DNA from: Dehalococcoidia bacterium
GTDB taxonomy: Bacteria; Chloroflexota; Dehalococcoidia; Lucifugimonadales; UBA3495
Reading direction: 5' to 3'
NCBI GenBank assembly: GCA_965208825.1
Contig: CBDBPP010000005.1
Span: 1,038,718 to 1,102,717, forward strand
DNA: 64,000 bases
Notes under the pieces: generated by a model
The model's input: the letters and a program-made list of their open reading frames with translations, nothing else
The model's database searches: none
What the model was told of the DNA's origin: nothing
In this document: positions 57,026 to 64,000 of the stretch, piece by piece
Layout: each line of letters starts with the position of its first letter
Position numbering within the stretch: the first letter of the stretch is position 1
Program-made: the position numbers and the translations under genes

Positions 57026-58524
57026 CCGCACACCTCCGTCCCGGCCAGGCTGACGGTGAGCAGACCGTCGTAGACCTTCAGGTCCGGCTTCCCGGACAGG
57101 ACCAGCGCTGGGGCCTCGATCGGCTTGGGCTCGACCAGCTCCCGCACCTCGGCGTAGTTGAAGGACCGGCCGGACTCCAGGAGCAGGGACAGCGCGCTGT
57201 CCACATTGGCCTCCATGGTGGTGGCCGCCAGGTGCAGTATCCGCACGTACTCCACATCGGCCCGTTCGCCCCGCCATTCCCGGAGGGCGTCGTAGGCCAG
57301 GCGGAAGCGCAGGGTGGGAAACAGCTGCTCCCGGTAGCGGTAGCGGGCGAAGGCCCCGGGCTTGCGCACCAGGGAATGGATGACGTGGCGGTAATTGACG
57401 TTGACTTCCCCATCGCCGTGCACCCGCGCCATGCGTTCCACGAGGTGGCCCTTGTAGTACACTTCCACCCAGTCGGCGTACAGACGGACCTGCACCTCCT
57501 GGCCGATCAGGCGGGAGGGCACGCTGTAGCTCCGTCCCGCTACCTGGATGGTGCTCCACCGGCGCACCTTGGACTGGTAGTTGGCGTATTCCGGCATGGG
57601 GGCTGGCGGCAGGGGCCGTAGGCAAGCCATTTCCTGCTCCAGCTTCCCCCTGACCAGGCGATTGCGTTTCTCCACCATCTCCCGGACGAAACCGGCGTAG
57701 TCGTCGGCGGTGTGGAAATCGCGGCTGCCCCGCAGGATGAGGGCCTGGTCTATGGCCTCCTTGAGGCGATAGTGGGCGTGCTCGGCGACGCCGTTTTCAT
57801 GGCTCTGGCCGCGATTGATGCGCGTGGACCGGAGTCCGTAGTGGTCCAGCAGGGCGGCGTAATTGTCGTTCAGCGCCCGGGCGCGGCTGCGGCGTATTTC
57901 ATGGGTGAGGGCGGCGGCATTGTCCGAGCGCACCACCTCCGGGACGCCGCCCAGGGTCCAGAGGGCATTCTGCAATCCCTGCTTGAGGGCCAGGAAGGTC
58001 TCGCCGCCGGCCACCTCGGCGTAGTGCCACCCCGAGTGGCTGAGGATCAGATGGAACAGCAGGTGGGGGTAGGGCTGGCCGGCGACGGTCACTCCCAGGG
58101 CCTTGCCGTGAGTGAAGTCCATCTGGGCTTCCCGTCCCGGCGGATGCTCTTGGGGGAAGTACACCTCCTGATCGGGACCGTGCAACGCCCGCCAGTCCTG
58201 CAATCGCCGTTGCAGGGTGCGCAGCTGGGAGGCGTCGAACCGGCCGGGATGGCGCTCCTCCAGCCATTCGATAATCGTCGTCGCCTTCAGCTTCCCCGTC
58301 GGATCGCCCCGCAGCAGGGGCTCAATCTCCTCCTCCCACACCCCGTCGAAGGGGTCGGGCCTGGTTCGCCACCAGCGCTCTTGCTTCGTCTCTGACGGCA
58401 AGGACCCGCGCTGCCACTTGCGCGCTGAGCGCACGCTCATCCCAGCCACCGCGGCCGCCGTCTCCTGGGTCTTTCCTTTCATAAGCCTCTGCCTCAATAG
58501 CCTGACTTGTCGGTCTTTGATCAT
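57022..58524 (-). CDS. istA: IS21-family transposase IstA
   Basis: 500 aa with an N-terminal HTH (KGKTQETAAAVAGMSVRSARKW) and a DDE region (...EAQMDFTHG...VVRSDNAAAL...). Confidence 0.85.
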   Translation of the reverse strand: MIKDRQVRLLRQRLMKGKTQETAAAVAGMSVRSARKWQRGSLPSETKQERWWRTRPDPFDGVWEEEIEPLLRGDPTGKLKATTIIEWLEERHPGRFDASQLRTLQRRLQDWRALHGPDQEVYFPQEHPPGREAQMDFTHGKALGVTVAGQPYPHLLFHLILSHSGWHYAEVAGGETFLALKQGLQNALWTLGGVPEVVRSDNAAALTHEIRRSRARALNDNYAALLDHYGLRSTRINRGQSHENGVAEHAHYRLKEAIDQALILRGSRDFHTADDYAGFVREMVEKRNRLVRGKLEQEMACLRPLPPAPMPEYANYQSKVRRWSTIQVAGRSYSVPSRLIGQEVQVRLYADWVEVYYKGHLVERMARVHGDGEVNVNYRHVIHSLVRKPGAFARYRYREQLFPTLRFRLAYDALREWRGERADVEYVRILHLAATTMEANVDSALSLLLESGRSFNYAEVRELVEPKPIEAPALVLSGKPDLKVYDGLLTVSLAGTEVCG

Positions 58525-58608
58525 TCCGGCACCTCCGTGCCGGAGGGTTTACCTCATCTCTGACCGGCAAAAATAATCGACGCTACCGGCATTCCTTATT
58601 GTCGTTAA

Positions 58609-60468
58609 TCAGAGGTTTTCTCCAAAGACCGGCCAGTCGACAGCCGCCACCATGGAGGCGGTCACATCCTGGGCCACCAGTTGGTCCAGGGCCCTGATGC
58701 CCTGCTGCGGGGAGATCCAGCCGGTACCGGACGCCGCCAGTTGCCGCTCGATCCGTTCCCGCTGTTCCTCCGCCTCTCCCAGGCCGGACCAGGCGCCCCA
58801 GGCTATGGACTGCCCCGGAAGTCCCCGGGAGCGCCGGTAGCCGGCCAGCTGGTCCAGGAAGGCGTTGGCCGCGGCGTGGTTGCCCTGCCCTGAATTCCCC
58901 AGTACCCCGGTCACGCTGGAAAACAGGACGAACATGTCCAGATCCATGTCCTGCGTGGCCCGGTGCAGGTGCCAGGCGCCCAGGATCTTGGGCCATAGCA
59001 CCTGCTCGAACCGGTCCCAGCTCTGGTTGCCCAGGGCCCCGTCGGAGAGCACGCCGACGCTGTGTATGACCCCCGCCAGGGGCGGCAGGTCCCTTTCCAA
59101 GTGTTCCAGCATGGAGTCCAGGGCCTCCCCACTGGTGACGTCGGCCAGCTCCACGTGGACCCTGGCGCCATTCTGCCGCAGCGCCTCGATGGCCTTCTCG
59201 GTCTTCGGGTCCGGGGGCCGGCGACCGTTGAGGACGATGGCGCCCGCGCCCCTCTCGGCCAGCCAGCCGGCGACGGCGGTGCCGATACCGCCCAGGCCGC
59301 CCGTGACGAGGTAAGTTCGGTCGGCGCGCAGTTGGCCCGTTGCCAGGGGTGGCATCACCATGACGTTCTTGCCGATGTGCCGGGCCGAACGCATGAAGTC
59401 CATGGCCGCGACGATTTCCGTCATCGGCCACCTGTTGTGGACCAGGGGCTGGAGATCCCCAAAGGTGAACCTGTTCGTCACCCTCCTCAAGGACGCGCCC
59501 GGCACCCCCGGGGAATGGATTTTCAGGGCATCCACCTCCAGGACCCGGTAGGCGACGTCGGGGCGGTATGCGGCCATGTCCTGCACGCTCCAGATGTCAC
59601 GACGGCTCATTTCCACGAACCGGCCGTTGGGGGCCAGGCACGACAGGCTGGCCTCGATGTACCCCGGCCCGGTCAGGCTGTTGAGGACAACGCTGACGCC
59701 CTCCCCGCCAGTGGCTTCCATGATCTGTTTGCCGAAGTCCGTGGTCCGGCTGTCGAGGACGTCGCGGATACCCAGGGACCGCAGGTAGTCCTGCTTGGGA
59801 GCGCTGGCGGTGGCGAATACCTCCGCGCCCACCGACTGCGCCAGCTGGATCGCGGCCAGGCCGACCCCGCCGGAGGCGGTGTGGACCAGCACCCGGTCGC
59901 CGGGGGCCAACCCGGTGAAGTCGAAGGATAGCTCGGCGGTGACGAAGGACGTGGGTATGGTGGCCAGTTCCGGCGTCGCCAGGCCCTCGGGGGCGTGGGC
60001 CACCATCTCGGCGCGGGTTACCAGCTCCGGGCGGAATGAGCCGATCGCCAGGCCGATCACCCGGTCGCCGGGCGCGAATTCCTCCACGTCAGGCGCGACC
60101 TCCAGGATGCGGCCGCAGAACTCCTTGCCCAGCATGGGGTCCAGGTCTTCGACCCCCATGCCCAGCAGCACGTCAGAAAAGTTCAGCCCGGTGGCCTCCA
60201 CGGCTGCGCGTACCTCTCCCTCTTTCAGTTCCCTGGACATGAGTGCCTCGGCGTGGAGACCTGAGAGATCACCGCCGGAGTCGGGCACCATTGTCCATGA
60301 GGTGTCCTCGGGCAAGGACTGCCTTTCCTGCCCGGATCTGCTGCGGAGGAGACGGGCCGCCAGTCTTTTTCCGTCCCGGTAGGCGATATGGGTTTCCCGG
60401 TCCGGACGCACCAGCTCGCCGGTCAGCCCTGTCACGGGAATGTCGAAGGAGGGGTCAAGATCGATCAT
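58609..60468 (-). CDS. Type I PKS, middle fragment: rest of psiKR, ER and KR; the stop codon is supplied by the IS end
   Basis: The ER NADPH motif is LVHTASGGVGLAAIQLAQ and the KR motif is TYLVTGGLGGIGTAVAGWL. The KR catalytic region reads SSVTGVLGNSGQGNHAAANAFLD, with His where Tyr is expected. The fragment ends VDWPVFGENL followed by a stop that lies within the IS terminus. Confidence 0.85.
   Translation of the reverse strand: MIDLDPSFDIPVTGLTGELVRPDRETHIAYRDGKRLAARLLRSRSGQERQSLPEDTSWTMVPDSGGDLSGLHAEALMSRELKEGEVRAAVEATGLNFSDVLLGMGVEDLDPMLGKEFCGRILEVAPDVEEFAPGDRVIGLAIGSFRPELVTRAEMVAHAPEGLATPELATIPTSFVTAELSFDFTGLAPGDRVLVHTASGGVGLAAIQLAQSVGAEVFATASAPKQDYLRSLGIRDVLDSRTTDFGKQIMEATGGEGVSVVLNSLTGPGYIEASLSCLAPNGRFVEMSRRDIWSVQDMAAYRPDVAYRVLEVDALKIHSPGVPGASLRRVTNRFTFGDLQPLVHNRWPMTEIVAAMDFMRSARHIGKNVMVMPPLATGQLRADRTYLVTGGLGGIGTAVAGWLAERGAGAIVLNGRRPPDPKTEKAIEALRQNGARVHVELADVTSGEALDSMLEHLERDLPPLAGVIHSVGVLSDGALGNQSWDRFEQVLWPKILGAWHLHRATQDMDLDMFVLFSSVTGVLGNSGQGNHAAANAFLDQLAGYRRSRGLPGQSIAWGAWSGLGEAEEQRERIERQLAASGTGWISPQQGIRALDQLVAQDVTASMVAAVDWPVFGENL
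58774..59322 (-). other. PKS ketoreductase catalytic subdomain (Tyr to His at the catalytic position)
   Basis: Contains TGGLGGIG and HSVGVLSDGAL (LxD, B-type-like). The sequence GNHAAAN has CAC at 58876-58878. Confidence 0.7.
59353..60297 (-). other. PKS enoylreductase domain
   Basis: MDR-type domain with GLNFSDVLLGMG and HTASGGVGLAAIQLA. Confidence 0.7.
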
Positions 60469-63400
60469 CCGGGGGGTGCAGGTTTCCTGCCTCCCGGGCC
60501 ACCGCCTTGCCGAAGCCCCAGAGCGAGGCGCCCGCCAGCTCCGCCACGCTGTCGCGCATGTAGTCGCGTTCCAGGGCCTGGGCGCCCCGGGTCACGAACC
60601 AGGTGCCCAGGTTGGGCAAGGTTCCCGCGTCGAGGATGCCCTGCACCATGGCCAGGGCCGAGGCCCCCGCCTTCCTCGTATCCTGGGCCAGTTCGCTGGT
60701 TGAGGCTTCCCTTCCATGGCCGTCAAGGGAGACCAGGTGCACCAGTCCGCTGAAAGGCGCATCCTTGGGCAGTTTCTCGATGAGCGAGCGCCAGTCCTCC
60801 CTGTTTTCCGGGTCCAGCGAGACCCGCATGATTCCATCCGGGGAGACGGATCCGGCGCCGTTGACCTGCGCCCCGGCCAGCGCCACGGTCTGGTTCTGCG
60901 CCGCCAGCTCGGCGGCGAGCTCCTCTGCCACGGCGCCTTCGTCCGACGCCAGTACCCAGACCCCTCGCGGCTGGACTATCTCGCCGGGCCCCCGGGCCAT
61001 GATGACTCCGGAGCCGAGGGGAGGCTCGTCGCTCCCCCGATCTCCGCCCAACACCCTGGCATCCTCCATCCCGACGTCGGTGAGCGCACGGACCCAGGTG
61101 TCCGGGGAGGCCAGGGCGTGCTCGGTCCTGTAGGCATCGGAAAACCGCCACCAGCCGTCCAGCTGCCCAAAGGTCAGGTCCTGCCACCCTCGGGCCCGGA
61201 GACCCTCCAGGGCCATCAACTGCCCCGAGGGGGCCAGCAGGTCGCGGCAATGGGAGAGAGTCTCGCCCAGGTCCCTGGTGGCGTGCAGCACGTTTACCGC
61301 GATGACCAGGTCGTAGGAGTGCAGTTCGAAACCCTGGGTGGCCGGATCCCTTTCCACGTCCAATGTGCGGTATTCCATGGGCGCGCCGTATTCCTCGAAG
61401 CGCTCCTCTGCCGAGGCGAAGAAACCGGCGGAGATGTCGGTGAAGACGTATTCGAAATTATCCGCCGGGAGCTGCGGAAGTACGACGGCGGTCCCCGAGC
61501 CGGTACCGCCCCCCACTTCCAGCACCCGCAGGGAACGATCCCCGGGCCACTGCGCCACGGCGGAGGTCACCGCATCGGCCAGGAGCCGGTTGGATGCTCT
61601 AGATGCCGGGGCGGTGAAGTAGAAATCCGCAGCATTCGGACCGTCGCTCCGGAACAGGATGGACAGGGGGTCCGTATTGCCCTGCAGCACCTCGGACAGG
61701 GCAGCTCCGCTCCGGCGCAGCAGACCCACCTCGTTTGCACCGTGGGGATGGCGCTCGGTGATCAGGTCCGCGAAGCTCTCCGGATCGGCCAGGGCCTCGT
61801 CCGGGAGGGGATCGCCAGCCCCGATGGTCACCCGGAAACTGTCCGTCCCGGTCGGGACCAGTACACCGGCATCACAGAGCAGTTTCAGCATCCGGCCCAT
61901 CAGCCGGGAATGAGCTGGCATTACTTCGAAACGTGCCAACAGGTCGTCGGCCCTGACGGCTTCACCGGCGGTTCTGTGCCAACCCAGCCGTTCGAGGGCG
62001 TGGAGCACGTAAGAACGGGAGAGTCTCTCCAGATCATCCAGCATGGTGGCGCGGTCCCCGATGCCGACTCCCTCCTCTCCCAGGTAACCGGCGAAGGTAT
62101 CGACCGTCCCGGCGGTTTCCGATGGAGAGATCAGCTCCCCGGCGGAAAGCAAGGCGGTGGAAAGAGGGGCATCCCGCCAGACGGTCTCGTACAGCAGACC
62201 CTGGAGGGCTTCCGAGGCGGAAAGCAGGGAGGCCCTGGTGGCCCGCTTCACGGTGAATCCGGACAGCCCCCCGACGGGTTTTCCCTCCTCGTTGTACAAC
62301 CACATGTCCCCGGTCAGGGTCTCCGGCGACGAAGCCACCCCGTCAGCTTGGGCAGTAGCCCCGCCCGAAATTCGCAGTCGAGCATGGCACACCACCCGGT
62401 CCTGCAACGGGCCGTCCAGCCAGAAACGTTCCCAGCCGAAGGGCAAGTAGGTCTCGTCGCCCCCAACACCGGAAATCATGCGGGTGGCTGAAAGCACCTG
62501 GAAGCAGCCGTCAAGGAGCAGGGGATGGATCTCCATACCCGCGCCGTCGCTCGGTCCCTGCAGCGCGATTTCCCCGACAGCTTCTGAGCTCTCGCACCAC
62601 AGCCCGGTCACGGTGCGCAGGCTGGGGCCGAATGCCAGGCCCGAGGCCGCTTTGTCCCGGTAATAGGCGGCCAGGTCCTGCTCCCGCAGCCTGCGCTTGA
62701 GCTGGGCGAAATCCACCCACTCCCCGCTTGGGTGGCGGTCAGGACCCTGTTCGATGTCACCCTCGGCGTGCAGCGTCCAGCCCTCCCCGGCGGAATCACG
62801 GCTGTAGACCTCGAAGTGGCGGGACTGCCCTGTTCTCGCCCCGTCGGTAACTATCTGTAGGCGTTTGCCAGCCGACTCCCCATCGCTGTCCTCGGGGAAC
62901 ACCAGCGGACTGTGCAGTTGAAGGTCGCTGACCACGGAGGTGGACGCTCCCTCGGTGAAGGGAACGGAGGCCGCCATGGCCCCGTATACCGCGCCGGGCA
63001 TGACCACCCGGCCGTACACCCGGTGATCGTCCAACCAGGCGGGATCGGTCGGGAGCATTTCCGTCTCGAACATGACCTCGCCCCGGGGCGACTCGTGCCT
63101 GGTTCCCAGCAGGGCGTGGGCGTCGCTCGACTGCGCTCGCCTGGCCGAGGGGACCCAGTGGCGGCGGCGCTGGAAGGGGTAGGTCGGCAGCGGAATCCTC
63201 CGACGCCTTTCGCCAGCGAACAACCCCGGAAAATGCAGGGGCAGCCCGGCCTCGTACGCTCGTGCGACGGCCCGAGCGAAGGCCTCGGCCCGCTCCGGCT
63301 CCGACCCGTCGGCAGCAGGCCGAAGCAGGCTGGGCATCACGAGGGGCGCCCCGGGCCTGCCCGGACCCTCCGGCCAGTTGAGAGATACCAGGGGACCCAG

Positions 63401-64000
63401 GATGGCGTGCGGCCCGAGCTCGATCACGGCGTCCACTCCCAGGTCCGCCAGGCTTTCCACGCAACCGAGGAAGGCTACGGGCTGCCGGGCCTGCCCGCGC
63501 CAGTAGGCGCCGTCCATCGCCGTTTCTGGTCCGACGGGCTTTCCGGTTATATTGCTGATGAGCGGGGTCGAGGGAGCGGCCACCTCCACACCGTCGAATA
63601 CGGCTTCCAGGCCGTCCAGGGCCGGCTCAACGAGGGGGCTGTGGTAGGCCGGGCTTGGCCTCAGCCGAAGCACGTTCATGCCCTCCGATTCCAGGAGGCT
63701 GCAGAATTCGTCAACCTCCCCGGCGGGGCCGCTGATCACCTGCTGGGTGCCGTTGTCCACCCCGATGCAGAGGTCCGAGGAACCCTGGGACTCATGCCAG
63801 CGGTTGACCGCCACCTCTACACGGGATGCGGGGGCGAACACGGCGGCCATGGCTCCGGCCCTGGGGATTGCTCCCATCAGTCTTCCTCTGGTGGAGGCGA
63901 ATCTGAGTCCGGTCTCGAGGGAGAACACGCCGGCGGCATGGGCCGCGGCAATCTCCCCCAGGCTGTGGCCCACCACCGCGTCGGGGCGGAGGCCCAGGCT
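60455..64000 (-). CDS. Type I PKS, proximal fragment: AT-DH-cMT-psiKR; the N-terminus is beyond the right window edge
   Basis: The frame stays open to 64000 (…SLGLRPDAVVGHSLGEIAAAHAAG, the AT GHSLGE motif). The post-AT linker is YPFQRRRHW, the DH motif is LDDHRVYGRVVMPGAVY, and the methyltransferase motif is LRVLEVGGGTGSGT. The psiKR part ends ...SLWGFGKAVAREAGNLHPP and then shifts frame. Confidence 0.85.
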   Translation of the reverse strand, partial: SLGLRPDAVVGHSLGEIAAAHAAGVFSLETGLRFASTRGRLMGAIPRAGAMAAVFAPASRVEVAVNRWHESQGSSDLCIGVDNGTQQVISGPAGEVDEFCSLLESEGMNVLRLRPSPAYHSPLVEPALDGLEAVFDGVEVAAPSTPLISNITGKPVGPETAMDGAYWRGQARQPVAFLGCVESLADLGVDAVIELGPHAILGPLVSLNWPEGPGRPGAPLVMPSLLRPAADGSEPERAEAFARAVARAYEAGLPLHFPGLFAGERRRRIPLPTYPFQRRRHWVPSARRAQSSDAHALLGTRHESPRGEVMFETEMLPTDPAWLDDHRVYGRVVMPGAVYGAMAASVPFTEGASTSVVSDLQLHSPLVFPEDSDGESAGKRLQIVTDGARTGQSRHFEVYSRDSAGEGWTLHAEGDIEQGPDRHPSGEWVDFAQLKRRLREQDLAAYYRDKAASGLAFGPSLRTVTGLWCESSEAVGEIALQGPSDGAGMEIHPLLLDGCFQVLSATRMISGVGGDETYLPFGWERFWLDGPLQDRVVCHARLRISGGATAQADGVASSPETLTGDMWLYNEEGKPVGGLSGFTVKRATRASLLSASEALQGLLYETVWRDAPLSTALLSAGELISPSETAGTVDTFAGYLGEEGVGIGDRATMLDDLERLSRSYVLHALERLGWHRTAGEAVRADDLLARFEVMPAHSRLMGRMLKLLCDAGVLVPTGTDSFRVTIGAGDPLPDEALADPESFADLITERHPHGANEVGLLRRSGAALSEVLQGNTDPLSILFRSDGPNAADFYFTAPASRASNRLLADAVTSAVAQWPGDRSLRVLEVGGGTGSGTAVVLPQLPADNFEYVFTDISAGFFASAEERFEEYGAPMEYRTLDVERDPATQGFELHSYDLVIAVNVLHATRDLGETLSHCRDLLAPSGQLMALEGLRARGWQDLTFGQLDGWWRFSDAYRTEHALASPDTWVRALTDVGMEDARVLGGDRGSDEPPLGSGVIMARGPGEIVQPRGVWVLASDEGAVAEELAAELAAQNQTVALAGAQVNGAGSVSPDGIMRVSLDPENREDWRSLIEKLPKDAPFSGLVHLVSLDGHGREASTSELAQDTRKAGASALAMVQGILDAGTLPNLGTWFVTRGAQALERDYMRDSVAELAGASLWGFGKAVAREAGNLHPPDDRS
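61097..61759 (-). other. PKS C-methyltransferase domain
   Basis: SAM motif I, LEVGGGTGSG, lies at about 61499-61528. Also present are DLVIAVNVLHAT and LLAPSGQLMALE. Confidence 0.7.
62222..63121 (-). other. PKS dehydratase domain
   Basis: HxxxGxxxxP lies at 62996-63025 (HRVYGRVVMP). A later motif reads LLLDGCFQ. Confidence 0.7.
63170..64000 (-). other. PKS acyltransferase domain (partial, active-site GHSLGE present)
   Basis: Domain limits were estimated from residue counting in ORF 60455..63976. The specificity-region motif reads PAYHS. Confidence 0.7.

Larger units (their letters stand above)
56212..58611 (-). mobile_element. Complete IS21-family insertion sequence (2400 bp) inside the PKS gene
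   Basis: The termini are TG...CA. It is flanked by a 5-bp direct repeat GAGGT (56207-56211 and 58612-58616). Two subterminal copies of GCGTCAAyTAnTTTTGCCG sit at each end in inverted orientation. The element carries istA and istB with an ATGA stop/start overlap. Confidence 0.85.

Noticed and set aside
57026-57625. The N-terminal extension of the IstB ORF (track 56249..57625)
   Set aside because: The extension is Pro/Gly/Arg-rich and overlaps istA out of frame. IS21 IstB proteins start at the ATG that overlaps the istA stop, which here is 57025.

Overview
High-GC (about two-thirds G+C by eye) bacterial chromosomal segment with strong GGAGG-type ribosome-binding sites. The gene content looks Chloroflexota-like: several LLM/F420-type oxidoreductases, CoxL-like molybdenum hydroxylases, NIPSNAP and RidA proteins. 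That lineage call is inference only. I saw no rRNA, tRNA or CRISPR array. From 1 to about 45 kb the window holds mostly housekeeping and accessory redox genes: a cadherin-repeat surface protein, an epimerase, trxB, a TauE-like exporter and an ACAD / PBP-fold / TusA-diiron operon. It also holds two CoxL-like large subunits that flank a membrane DM13 protein and a low-GC two-gene cassette, a DUF1800/DUF1501/NHL trio, a sulfite-oxidase-family lipoprotein and NAD-turnover genes (nudC, an isochorismatase-family protein, a CinA-like protein). Further genes are a GMC oxidoreductase, three LLM paralogues, two NIPSNAP paralogues, tandem DUF805/zinc-ribbon membrane proteins and a split ComD/ComE-like ThDP decarboxylase. 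From about 46 to 64 kb there is a lipid-type type I PKS locus on the minus strand. It comprises an MMPL transporter, an alpha/beta hydrolase, an Sfp-type PPTase, a discrete ACP and a megasynthase reading AT-DH-cMT-psiKR-ER-KR-ACP-KS-AT0 that runs off the right edge. That megasynthase is visibly damaged. A complete 2.4-kb IS21-family element with a 5-bp target duplication bisects it, a +1 frameshift sits in a G6 run, and the KR catalytic Tyr codon reads His. Removing the IS, one duplication copy and one G restores a single frame of exactly 2757 codons inside the window. Other structure: a dispersed GGGGCGGG/CCCGCCCC hairpin family including a 42-nt tandem array, an FDKLTxNG/SLSNH-type repeat, a hairpin with a triplicated 9-mer, several clear stem-loop terminators between convergent genes, and a roughly 30% GC island next to a possible pseudogene.
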